NCBI GenBank assembly: GCA_036676395.1
Contig: JAKFCY010000002.1
Location: 1,088,001 to 1,152,000 of the forward strand
DNA length: 64,000 nt
Reading direction: 5' to 3'
Source: Bdellovibrio sp.
GTDB taxonomy: Bacteria; Bdellovibrionota; Bdellovibrionia; Bdellovibrionales; Bdellovibrionaceae
Shown here: piece after piece, positions 46,646-55,982 of the stretch
Numbering within the stretch: the stretch's first letter is position 1
Layout: every line of letters starts with the position of its first letter
Program-made: the position numbers and the translations under genes
Notes under the pieces: generated by a model
Told to the model about the DNA's origin: nothing
Database searches by the model: none
What the model saw: only the letters and a program-made list of their open reading frames with translations

Positions 46646-49600
46646 ATGAATTTCAAAATTCAAACTGCATTAGCCGTGTTTTTAATCGCAACAACTACTT
46701 TCGCCCACGAAGGTATTGTTCGTATCCCACTAAAAACATTCATGAAACCAGCCGGAAACTTAGTATCACAAAATGGTAAAAAACTAAGTTATGCAGATGT
46801 GGCAAAATTAAATGACTCACGCGTCGACTTGTCTAAGCTTCAGCCAGTTGAAGACAAATACTGGCAGAACAAAAAATACTCGGCGATTGATACTCAAGTT
46901 CATGCTGAGATGCCTCAAGCTGAGACGGGCGTTACGATTGACTCTTATTTAGGAGCGAATCGCGAATTAGGTTTTTATACTATTATTGTAAAGCCATCGA
47001 GCGGTAAATCAGAGCGTTACGGTTTAACTTTAGGTCTGCAAGTTCATGCTTCATTATTAAAGTCTGCTTTGTTACGTAAATTAGGTTACTTTCAACATTC
47101 GCCAAAACATTACGACAAGATCAAATTAAACTTCGCGAACAAAGAAGAAAAAGAATTGTTCGTAAAACGTGCGTTCTGTGAACAAGGCCCGGATGCAGTT
47201 TCTATCGATTGTTTATCTATTGCTCCATTTAAAACTGAAACAGACAAGCGTGAATTTTTATCTGAAGCGGGTGCTACATCTTTATATGTACACGGTGCTT
47301 ATTTAGAAAAAATGGATAGCGAAATTCCAAGTTTATTTGATGGTTTAACTCCGGCCAATGTAGATTCAATCCCATACTTTGCGACTGATCGCCAATTTCG
47401 TGCGCTTTTAGTTCCATTTGTTATCGGTGATGTTCAAGAATCATTAGGCCGAGTGGCTCCAGAATCAGTTTTAGTTCGTGATGGTTACGCTTATATCAAC
47501 TTTGCTTTCAGTGATTATTTTTCTCAAACCAGTGGCGATGATGTGAAGTGGATGTTACGTCGCGTGGCTTTATTAACAGATAAAGACTGGGATGAAATCG
47601 TTGAAGCCGGTCATTATCCGCAAAGCTTAAATCAATTAGCAAAAGCTGCGATTATGTCTAGAGCCAAAAACATGATGCACTGGTTTTTTGACCACGAAGG
47701 CAAAGACATGATGCAGGCTCGTATTCCTGATTTTAAATACACATCGGCTGATGGTCTAGTTGTTGATGGTCGTATTACCCAAGAATATATTCCAGGTGAG
47801 CCACACCGTTTTACTCACGGTGAGCGCCAATCGCCATTTGAGCGTGGTGATTTTTTAAGATACATGGTGATTAAATCACAGTCTTCAGCCATTGGTTTAG
47901 CGATCACTAAGCTTTCTGAAAAATTAGATTTAGAAAAAAAAGAAATTACATCTACAAAAATGAACGGCTACAGAGTTCGTCCAGATGGCAAGCTTGCGCC
48001 TGTTGGTTATGCTGATGGCCGCCAGTTCGGCATTAACTTCGGTGCTTCTCGTATCGTGACGACCGGAACATACTACGGTTCACAAGCTGCCGTTCAATTA
48101 GTCGATAACGTTCGTCTAAGTGCTGGCCTTGGATTTTTTCGTATGATCGAAGACTTCAGCGGTATTAGTTCAATGTTTGGTGGTAACGTAAGTTATAATC
48201 GTGATTTCACTCACGTTGTGCCGTTACAAACAATGAAAGAAACTAAAGAGATCGACTGGAAAGATCTTTATGTTCCTTCGCGTTTAGCTAAAATTGCATC
48301 ACCGTTAAAAGACGGTAAACTTGCTGAGTTTTTTCAAAACTTTAAAAATGGCGAAGTTTTCACAATCACTGAATCTGTCGGTGCCGGTGGATCAGTTGGT
48401 TATATGTACGCTTTAGATGCTTTAATCGGTTTTACTGCGCAAACAGTTCCAAGTATTGGTTTATCTGGCGGAGCAAATGCGGTTTTATTACGTCAAACGC
48501 AAATCACTAAAACTGAAGCTGGCTTTCAGGTGTTTATCCGTAACCAAAACACAAAAGCTTTTCAAGTTACGTTTGATGTGAATTACTTCATTAACTTATT
48601 AAAAGTAAAACATGAATCAACATTTACTGATCTTCACACAGATGCATATATCTTAAATGCAAACACTGACTTCATCACGCAAGTCGATGCAGCTATTGAA
48701 GAAGTTAAAAAAGAAGCTCTAGATAGTAAAGAAGACCCTGTTGTAGCTGTTGAAGCTTATTTTGCTGACAATGAAGAGTTAGCAAAACGTTATAAATCAC
48801 AAAAAGGTTTTGCTGATAAAATGTCTGGTGCTTTACGAGCCCTTATTTTTCAATCTAGCACAGATCAATTAGAAACAAACTTTAGAAAACAAGTTTTTCA
48901 AATTGACCATGATATCAATACCAAAGAATTAAAAACTAAGTTCTTATGGTGGAGAAAATCAAAACTTACAGAAGAGCACTTATTAAAAATCTATAAACCA
49001 GAAGTAACAGCTGTTGATTCTGGCGAAGTCGAAAATAAGCCGATCGAAGTTGTAACTTATCGTAAAGGTAAACTTACAGGTAAAGACGTTTTAGGTTTTG
49101 GCTTAAACGTTCTTGATTACGGTATTAAAAAATTAAGTCCAGAATATGCTCCGATGTTATCGCAAGATGCGCAAAATCCATCGCAAATGCCTTTTGGTAA
49201 AGCGCAATGGCATATCGTTCGTACTGATACTGAATTAACTAAACGTCAGGGTTCTTTGCCGACTGTTGCTGTTCTGCAAAACGTGTGGGGTGGTTGGTCA
49301 TTAAAGAAAAAAGACCTTGATAAGATTCTTGCTGCCTTACGTGCGAAATTCAACACGTCAGAATTTGTTGGCACTGAATTTCAAACAAAAGAATTAATTC
49401 CTGATGCTCGTTTTCAACAAGTTAAAAAGATCGATTTCTTCCGTATTACAGAAAATCTATCTTTGCTTCCGACAGCTATTGATAAAATCAAAGCGATGTT
49501 AATTACTCCGGATATTACCGGAATTAAATTAGACAAGGCCAGCTTCATCACTAGGCTTTTTAAAAAGGTTAATGAAGATGGAACTTCGAAAAGTGCGCGT

Positions 49601-50137
49601 GCAGAAGATAAAGCCATATTTAAAAACTTAATGACAGTGATCGGCGGCGGCAATGAATCGGCAGGTTACGCTCATTACATGGAACAATGTAAAGCTAAAA
49701 AAGAAGACGCTGCATACGCAGGTAATGGCAAGGGTGGTGGTCATGCCCCCACAAATACAACAGCCTGGTTAAAAGGCTCTAAGTATGAATGTTTAGAAGA
49801 CTGGGTTGATGATATCATCATGTTAGCGCGTGAATACGTGAAAAGTGATGCGCGTGAACAAAACCGCTTAATGACCGAACTCATCTATGTTTTAGAAGAA
49901 AACATTCCATTGCCAGTGTTATTAAAAGTATTAGGTAAAGAAAATTACTTATACTTCGTAGAAATCACGGGTTTCAGAAAAGGTGACGAAAATGCTGATG
50001 AGGCGTTCTCGGTATCTAACGTATTAGGTGAGCCTGCGAAAAAACATCCTTACTCTAATGGTTTAATCAGTATCTTTGCAGAAAAAACAAAAATTATTCC
50101 TATTGAACTAGATCGTTCTCAAGGGAGCTTCCAATGA
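46646..50137 (+). CDS. Large secreted hypothetical protein
   Basis: 1163 aa, signal peptide ...TTFA|HEG, GAGG RBS, ATGA overlap with the subtilase. Confidence 0.85.
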   Translation: MNFKIQTALAVFLIATTTFAHEGIVRIPLKTFMKPAGNLVSQNGKKLSYADVAKLNDSRVDLSKLQPVEDKYWQNKKYSAIDTQVHAEMPQAETGVTIDSYLGANRELGFYTIIVKPSSGKSERYGLTLGLQVHASLLKSALLRKLGYFQHSPKHYDKIKLNFANKEEKELFVKRAFCEQGPDAVSIDCLSIAPFKTETDKREFLSEAGATSLYVHGAYLEKMDSEIPSLFDGLTPANVDSIPYFATDRQFRALLVPFVIGDVQESLGRVAPESVLVRDGYAYINFAFSDYFSQTSGDDVKWMLRRVALLTDKDWDEIVEAGHYPQSLNQLAKAAIMSRAKNMMHWFFDHEGKDMMQARIPDFKYTSADGLVVDGRITQEYIPGEPHRFTHGERQSPFERGDFLRYMVIKSQSSAIGLAITKLSEKLDLEKKEITSTKMNGYRVRPDGKLAPVGYADGRQFGINFGASRIVTTGTYYGSQAAVQLVDNVRLSAGLGFFRMIEDFSGISSMFGGNVSYNRDFTHVVPLQTMKETKEIDWKDLYVPSRLAKIASPLKDGKLAEFFQNFKNGEVFTITESVGAGGSVGYMYALDALIGFTAQTVPSIGLSGGANAVLLRQTQITKTEAGFQVFIRNQNTKAFQVTFDVNYFINLLKVKHESTFTDLHTDAYILNANTDFITQVDAAIEEVKKEALDSKEDPVVAVEAYFADNEELAKRYKSQKGFADKMSGALRALIFQSSTDQLETNFRKQVFQIDHDINTKELKTKFLWWRKSKLTEEHLLKIYKPEVTAVDSGEVENKPIEVVTYRKGKLTGKDVLGFGLNVLDYGIKKLSPEYAPMLSQDAQNPSQMPFGKAQWHIVRTDTELTKRQGSLPTVAVLQNVWGGWSLKKKDLDKILAALRAKFNTSEFVGTEFQTKELIPDARFQQVKKIDFFRITENLSLLPTAIDKIKAMLITPDITGIKLDKASFITRLFKKVNEDGTSKSARAEDKAIFKNLMTVIGGGNESAGYAHYMEQCKAKKEDAAYAGNGKGGGHAPTNTTAWLKGSKYECLEDWVDDIIMLAREYVKSDAREQNRLMTELIYVLEENIPLPVLLKVLGKENYLYFVEITGFRKGDENADEAFSVSNVLGEPAKKHPYSNGLISIFAEKTKIIPIELDRSQGSFQ

Positions 50138-53100
50138 TTAATTTAAAGAAGTTATCACTACTTGGCCTTTTGATTCCAGTCATCGCAATGGCCGGAACTG
50201 AAAAAGAATATAAAGCGATCATTGCTAAGTCTTGGGCGCTTAAAAATACCGGAGTTAGTCAGTTGTTTGACTTAGATCCGTTACAAACATACCGCTTGCA
50301 GGCTAAAGCCGGTGAAGATTTACATTTACTGCCGCCAGTGGCGTCTCCGGTCGCTTTGAAAAAAATCAAAGTTGCAGTTCTTGATACCGGAGTAGATGTA
50401 ACTCACCCGTATTTAAAAAATCGTATCGCACGTAACGAAAAAGAGTGTGCAAATTACGATAAATTTGAATCTTGCTTAGCCACTGAATCTGAAACGGTGA
50501 AGTCTTGCACTGATAAATACTTAATTTCAGATGAAGACGGCAACGGCTATCCAGCAGACTGCGTCGGCTGGAGTATTTTTGGCGATCCAACTTCAACTAA
50601 TATTATCGGAACTCCTGATGTCGCTGATACAATCGGTCACGGAACTCACGTGGCGGGTCTTGTGGCTTCGGTATCTGATAATGTTGAAATTATTCCGGTG
50701 CAAGTTATTGCTGACGCACCAAATGAGCCAGTTAAACCTTTCAGTATTGATTTAGAACCAAACGAAGACGGTCGCGGTGGATTAAATCCAAACGGTGCTT
50801 TTGAAAATGCTGAGCGCACAGCGCGTGGAATAATTTACGCAATGAATGCTGGTGCGCAAATCATTACAATGTCTATCGGCTGGCCTGAAATGAATGACAC
50901 TGAATTATTAAAAATGGCCGTTAAAGAAGCCCAAAGCCGCGGAATTATCGTCTTAGCTGCTGCAGGAAACGATTCTACTCAAAGTCTATTACGCCCATGT
51001 CAATATGCTGGTGTAATTTGTGTGGGAGCATCTCGTCCAGACGGCGCGATGGCGCATTTTTCTAACTATGGTTATGGTGTTGATATCGCTGCTCCGGGCA
51101 CTGGTTTAGTTTCAACGATTCCAATGACTCACAGATCAATCCGTTTACCTGGATTTATCGGCGTCGATATTTTAAATGGTACTTCGCAAGCAACTCCACT
51201 TGTTGCTGGTGTTATCGCTGATATGCTAGCTCGCGGAATTCCGGCTGAAGAAATTTACCCACGTCTTATTTTAGGCGCACGTAAAACAAGTCCAGAATTA
51301 CCAGTGTTAGTTGGGCCAGTTCAAGCTAAAGGAACTGCTGCTTTACCAAGTAAGTCTTATGATCGTTACACTTTAGCAGGTCTTATTGATGCTAAGGGTG
51401 CTGTGAACGTTAAAGCTAAGTCTTTAATTTTAAGCGCGAATAAAGACATCCAAGTGATCGAATGGAACAGAACATCGCGTGAATTATCATTTAAATTTGC
51501 GGTTAAGAACTACTGGTCGGATGTAGCATCTGTAGATGTGACCTTAGATATTGTTTCAAGAAACAAATCTCGTTATTACCCATCGGTTGTAAAATCTGAA
51601 ATTTTACACGACGGCGATGATATGTGGGAAATGGGCGAAGAGCGTTTAGTGCAAGTGGATTTAGAAATCACAGACACAGATGATGCAGCTCTTTCTCAAG
51701 TAGCCAGTGATTTATCGTTTATAGTAAGCCCTACAGTAAATGGCGAAAAAGCGATGGCTTTTGAAACTCGTGCTGAAATTCAGGTTAAATTAACAAAAGA
51801 TGCCGTCGGCAGTGATTTGTCTTCGATTCCAATCGTGGGTCAATTAGCCCGCGGTATGAAGTTATTCTTAGTCGATGAAGTTTACGATAACAGCTTGCAA
51901 AACCGTGATTACATGGCCTTAAAGCAAGGTGAAACTACTTTTGATGTGCAACTCGTAAGATTTAAAAATAATTCTTACACCTTTGAAGCGATCAAAACGA
52001 TCACTCTTGATGGTAACGTTAAGCAAACTCGTCCGGTGCAGCGTGTGCGTATGGATATCGACGGTGACGGGGTTTCTGAGTATGTTTTAGTGATTCAAGA
52101 ATTTAAAGAAAAAGGCGGTCTATATAATCAAGGCGATTATATCCTTCATTTTTATATCTTCGATACGAATATGAATATTAAAAAACAATATTCATTCTAT
52201 GATCAACGCGCGGTTATGCCTGTGAACTATAGCTGGTTAAAAGTGGGTAATGAATTGCGTCCAGCGTGGGTCATTACCGGTAAAGCGGTTATCAAAAAAT
52301 GGGATGTTACTGATTTATGGCAAACTGATGAAGACGCAAAACCTAATATGGGTGGAACAGACATCCGTTTATACTTCTTAAATAAAGATTATAAACTAGA
52401 TGAAATCCAACCGCCGAAAGACGCGCGTATCGTGGATATTATCCAGCCGACACTTAAACAAGTGCAGTCGGGTGTACTTCCGGTATTGATTGCTAAAAAT
52501 TTAGGAACTGAAATCAAACCTTCATACTTGTACCAATTTTCCCTAGCGTATGTACAAAATGGACAAGTGACGGGCGAGAAAGTTATCGAAAATTTAAGTG
52601 CAGCAAAAAATTATCGTAACTTATTAGATACTCGTGTTGATAAAATTTTAAATTTACATTCAGCAAATGATGAGTACCGCGGAACTTTTTGGTTTGGTGC
52701 TGATGCTCATAAAAAACAACGTGTAACTGCGATTGATTTTAACACCAACAAAATGCATGACCGTTTGTTAGAGTCGATCACGACGATTTATGATGCTCCA
52801 TTATTAGTGCGCTCGGCTTATATGGGTAAAAAAACACAGGGTGTGTTTTTAATCACGAACAGCGAGATCGAATATCATGACTTCAAAGGTGGATCTGCTG
52901 TGCAAACCAGCTTAAATAAGTACACTTTCATGGGCGATGATTTAACAGTAAATTTACAATTTCCAATTACGATTAATAATCGTAAGTCGGGTGATAAATT
53001 TCCTGCGCTATTTAATGTGGCAGGAACTGCGATCAGCCGTGGTGTCAAAATGATTACTCCAGTTTACAACAAAGCTGGCAAGGTGGAGCAAATTATCGCA

Positions 53101-53232
53101 CCAGCAAGATTGCATATGCAAACACCACAAGGCTGTCGTCCGCAAGATGCACCACTCTATTTGGGAACTAGTGGCTATGCTCTAGATTTTTATTGCGGTG
53201 ATAAGTTTTTACGTCTTCAATTGACATACTAA
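50134..53232 (+). CDS. Secreted subtilisin-like (S8) serine protease with long C-terminal extension
   Basis: VLDTG, HGTHVAG, AAGN and GTSQATP motifs; signal peptide. Confidence 0.92.
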   Translation: MINLKKLSLLGLLIPVIAMAGTEKEYKAIIAKSWALKNTGVSQLFDLDPLQTYRLQAKAGEDLHLLPPVASPVALKKIKVAVLDTGVDVTHPYLKNRIARNEKECANYDKFESCLATESETVKSCTDKYLISDEDGNGYPADCVGWSIFGDPTSTNIIGTPDVADTIGHGTHVAGLVASVSDNVEIIPVQVIADAPNEPVKPFSIDLEPNEDGRGGLNPNGAFENAERTARGIIYAMNAGAQIITMSIGWPEMNDTELLKMAVKEAQSRGIIVLAAAGNDSTQSLLRPCQYAGVICVGASRPDGAMAHFSNYGYGVDIAAPGTGLVSTIPMTHRSIRLPGFIGVDILNGTSQATPLVAGVIADMLARGIPAEEIYPRLILGARKTSPELPVLVGPVQAKGTAALPSKSYDRYTLAGLIDAKGAVNVKAKSLILSANKDIQVIEWNRTSRELSFKFAVKNYWSDVASVDVTLDIVSRNKSRYYPSVVKSEILHDGDDMWEMGEERLVQVDLEITDTDDAALSQVASDLSFIVSPTVNGEKAMAFETRAEIQVKLTKDAVGSDLSSIPIVGQLARGMKLFLVDEVYDNSLQNRDYMALKQGETTFDVQLVRFKNNSYTFEAIKTITLDGNVKQTRPVQRVRMDIDGDGVSEYVLVIQEFKEKGGLYNQGDYILHFYIFDTNMNIKKQYSFYDQRAVMPVNYSWLKVGNELRPAWVITGKAVIKKWDVTDLWQTDEDAKPNMGGTDIRLYFLNKDYKLDEIQPPKDARIVDIIQPTLKQVQSGVLPVLIAKNLGTEIKPSYLYQFSLAYVQNGQVTGEKVIENLSAAKNYRNLLDTRVDKILNLHSANDEYRGTFWFGADAHKKQRVTAIDFNTNKMHDRLLESITTIYDAPLLVRSAYMGKKTQGVFLITNSEIEYHDFKGGSAVQTSLNKYTFMGDDLTVNLQFPITINNRKSGDKFPALFNVAGTAISRGVKMITPVYNKAGKVEQIIAPARLHMQTPQGCRPQDAPLYLGTSGYALDFYCGDKFLRLQLTY

Positions 53233-53268
53233 AGACACACTAGCTCTAGTTAAAATTGTTCTCACAAT

Positions 53269-53305
53269 AAAAATGCATGACTTTCAATCAGTCATGCATT
53301 TTTTT
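53269..53305 (+). terminator. Intrinsic terminator
   Basis: AAAAATGCATGACT-TTCAATC-AGTCATGCATTTTTTT. Confidence 0.85.
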
Positions 53306-53369
53306 CATTGCACACTCGCTCTAACCCCCGGCCATCTCTATTGAATCCCAGAACTGGTGTCAAAAAAGT

Positions 53370-53384
53370 TGGCCCATGTTTAGC
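53370..53384 (+). promoter_or_regulatory. Putative sigma54 (-24/-12) promoter
   Basis: TGGCCCATGTTTAGC = GG-N10-GC; shares AAGTTGGCCC-N4-TTAGC with the 46601 site. Confidence 0.65.
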
Positions 53385-53437
53385 ATTGTTAACACCCGTA
53401 CTCGAAAAACCAAAAAAAACCAAACGGGGGAAAAACA

Positions 53438-54376
53438 ATGAAATTAACAAGTGCTTTATTATTAGTAGCTAGTATCGCGGTACTATCATCTTGCGGCGGT
53501 GGCGGCGGCGGCGGTAGCCCATCAACTTACAATCCAGGTCCAAATGATTCTGGCGACATCTTACAATATCCATACGAAACAGTATACGGCGATGCATGCC
53601 GTGGTTCTAATGAACCAACTCCAGGTTGTACTTTTGTTCGTGCAACTGGCCAACGTGCGACAGTTTCATCTGATCCAGATTATGATCAATATGGTTACGG
53701 TTCTGATGACCTTTGGTATGTTACCTTCGATTCATCTGGTAACGCTTCAGTATATAATGACTTAGGTGTGTTTCAATATTCAGCTAACATTAACAGCTTT
53801 GCTGGTTTCGTTGGTGGTACAACTATCGGTGTTGGAACAACTGGAACATTCTGGGAAAACGTAGCTGGTGGAACTTACTGGTTCGGCGATAACGGAGTAT
53901 TATACTCTGCTAACTCTAATTCATCTAACTACGGTCAAGCGATCAACAATAAAGGTGCTAAAAAAGCAACTGACACAAATTCAAAAGCGATCTCTTCTGA
54001 GCAAAATCAAAAGTTGATCAAAGCTGGTGCTGCGAAATTAGTTAAAGAATACAAATTAACTAACTCTAAAGCTATTGCTGTAGCATCTGCTTTAAACTCT
54101 TGGGCTGTAATGGGTGCTGAGCGTGGTAAAGTAACTACTGGTGACATGGATAAAACTTTTAAAACAGTTTTCGGTGTTAAGTTCAACGAAGCTTTATCAG
54201 CTGTAAATGCATTCCGTTCTGGTGGTGCTGATGCTGAAGACAAAGCACGTGATTTAACAAACCGTTCTGCAGCTACTTTAGGTTTAAAACCTGATCAAGC
54301 TAAAGAATTCATCAAAGGTATGTACAAAGGTGCTATCGAAGAAGCTGGTATGACTACTGACGATATCCAATGGTAA
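53438..54376 (+). CDS. Lipoprotein of unknown function
   Basis: Lipobox LSSC followed by a poly-Gly linker, GGGGGA RBS, strongly biased codon usage. Confidence 0.85.
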   Translation: MKLTSALLLVASIAVLSSCGGGGGGGSPSTYNPGPNDSGDILQYPYETVYGDACRGSNEPTPGCTFVRATGQRATVSSDPDYDQYGYGSDDLWYVTFDSSGNASVYNDLGVFQYSANINSFAGFVGGTTIGVGTTGTFWENVAGGTYWFGDNGVLYSANSNSSNYGQAINNKGAKKATDTNSKAISSEQNQKLIKAGAAKLVKEYKLTNSKAIAVASALNSWAVMGAERGKVTTGDMDKTFKTVFGVKFNEALSAVNAFRSGGADAEDKARDLTNRSAATLGLKPDQAKEFIKGMYKGAIEEAGMTTDDIQW

Positions 54377-54380
54377 TTCT

Positions 54381-54493
54381 TAGGTAGGCCGTCCCTTTTT
54401 CGGGAGCAGCGTACCATTAAAACCAAAAGCCAAGGCTAATCACCTTGGCTTTTTTTTAGGTATAGGTAGGCCGTTACTTTTTGGGGAGCAGCG
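54381..54493. repeat. Two 31-bp direct repeats (REP-like) flanking a terminator
   Basis: TAGGTAGGCCGTCCCTTTTTCGGGAGCAGCG at 54381 and TAGGTAGGCCGTTACTTTTTGGGGAGCAGCG at 54463; 28/31 identical. Confidence 0.8.
54425..54457. terminator. Intrinsic terminator between convergent genes
   Basis: AAAAGCCAAGG-CTAATCA-CCTTGGC-T8. Confidence 0.88.
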
Positions 54494-54497
54494 CTTC

Positions 54498-55175
54498 CTA
54501 GAAGTAAAATGTTAATAACATTTTACCGGCGAAACCTAAAACATTTGAAGACGTACTGCTTGTAGCGATTTTCTTTTGTTCGACTAAGCCTTCAAATCTC
54601 AAAGCCGTTGTTGAGCGCATTAAATACCAAGTTAGAAATCCACCAGCGCCCAATGCAAAAATTTGTGCACTTGAACCGTTGGTGAACTCGCGATTACCAC
54701 CAAAAGTTTGCGCGGTTAAACCATATACAGTGTCTTCGCTGACTACATTCGGTGTAATATTATAATCAAAATATCCGCCGACATAAAAATCAGTATTAAA
54801 GCCAGCGCCTTCATCTAATAAATTAATATGAATTAGCGGACCAATTTCGTAATCGCCGTAATTCCAGCCGTAACGGGCTTCGATGTCGATTTGATGTTCT
54901 TGTAAGTTATCAGATTTAAAAAACGAAGTATCGATTCCCGCAGAAAAAGAATTTTCGCGTGAGCGATTTGAACGGGAATAAGTCACATCTTCAGAAATTA
55001 ATCCAGATTGTTTGCTGGATTGGATCGTGTACGTTTCGCCCGGAATCAAAGGCACCGAACTTTCAATCACCGCCGAATTGCCCTTGGTTTTTTTAACCGT
55101 GAAAGTCGCAGCTAGCGCGGGTAACGAAATTAATGAAGAGATAATAATTGATAAAACTAAGTTGTGTTGCTTCAT
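54498..55175 (-). CDS. Probable small outer-membrane beta-barrel protein
   Basis: Signal peptide from ATG 55175 (...ALA|A), amphipathic strands, C-terminal ...LLTFYF. Confidence 0.7.
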   Translation of the reverse strand: MKQHNLVLSIIISSLISLPALAATFTVKKTKGNSAVIESSVPLIPGETYTIQSSKQSGLISEDVTYSRSNRSRENSFSAGIDTSFFKSDNLQEHQIDIEARYGWNYGDYEIGPLIHINLLDEGAGFNTDFYVGGYFDYNITPNVVSEDTVYGLTAQTFGGNREFTNGSSAQIFALGAGGFLTWYLMRSTTALRFEGLVEQKKIATSSTSSNVLGFAGKMLLTFYF

Positions 55176-55206
55176 TGTTTCATTATGAGATCTATCGAGC
55201 ATAGAC

Positions 55207-55234
55207 TCAAGTCCAGTTCAATCTTGACCGATAT
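55207..55234 (+). promoter_or_regulatory. Putative sigma28 promoter of the HD-GYP gene
   Basis: TCAAG-N15-ACCGATAT. Confidence 0.6.
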
Positions 55235-55265
55235 TTGTTATAGACCTATTTCTACGGGGGAATGC

Positions 55266-55916
55266 GTGTCGGTTAAACTCATTTGGGGTAATATACCTAA
55301 TTGGGCCTATGACTCGGTCAAAGGCTTTCTTGAATGTTTAAAAACAGTTGAGCCATCTACTTACGAGCACTGCTTACGGGTGGGTGAATACTCCAGAAAA
55401 TTGGCGCGCGATATCGGACTCAACGAGTACGAACAAAAAGTCGCCGAATTTTCAGGCCTGCTTCACGACATCGGAAAAATCGGTATAGAAAAAGATATTC
55501 TTTTAAAGCCGGGTCGTCTTGATCCCAAAGAATTAGATATTATGCGAAATCATTCGACGATCAGTGAACAGATCGTAAAACCCTTAGCAACAAATCCCTT
55601 CTTCGCTCAACTTCTGCCAGGTATTCGCGGTCATCATGAGCGCATCGATGGTGAAGGTTATCCCGATAAAAAAATTGGTGACGAAATTTCATTATTCGCA
55701 AGAATTATTCTAGTCGTAGATACTTTCGATGCGATGACAGAAAACCGAGTTTACAGAAAAGGCCTGCCACCAGAAATCGCGTTCTCAGAATTAAAACGCT
55801 GTGGCGGATCACAATTCGATTCACAATTAGTAAAAGCATTTCTGCAAGCGCAGCCCTATTGGAACGCCGACAAAGATAAAGAAACAGAACATTTAATCGT
55901 TAAAAAGATCGCCTAA
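55266..55916 (+). CDS. Stand-alone HD-GYP domain protein (cyclic dinucleotide phosphodiesterase family)
   Basis: HCLRV, LLHDIGK, HHERIDGEGYP, DTFDAMT, QFD; GGGGGA RBS before GTG 55266. Confidence 0.9.
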   Translation: MSVKLIWGNIPNWAYDSVKGFLECLKTVEPSTYEHCLRVGEYSRKLARDIGLNEYEQKVAEFSGLLHDIGKIGIEKDILLKPGRLDPKELDIMRNHSTISEQIVKPLATNPFFAQLLPGIRGHHERIDGEGYPDKKIGDEISLFARIILVVDTFDAMTENRVYRKGLPPEIAFSELKRCGGSQFDSQLVKAFLQAQPYWNADKDKETEHLIVKKIA

Positions 55917-55919
55917 TAC

Positions 55920-55965
55920 GAAGCTCGCATCCTGCTGTAGCTTCTGACGGCGTCGTGCCGTCAGA
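55920..55965. repeat. Twin GC-rich hairpins between convergent genes (REP-like or terminator)
   Basis: GAAGCT..GCATCCTGC..AGCTTC and TCTGACGGC-GTCGT-GCCGTCAGA. Confidence 0.45.
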
Positions 55966-55982
55966 TCAATGGGATTTGGCTT

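Noticed and set aside
54381..54493. Minimal CRISPR array
   Set aside because: Only two imperfect repeats, the spacer is a terminator hairpin, and there are no cas genes.
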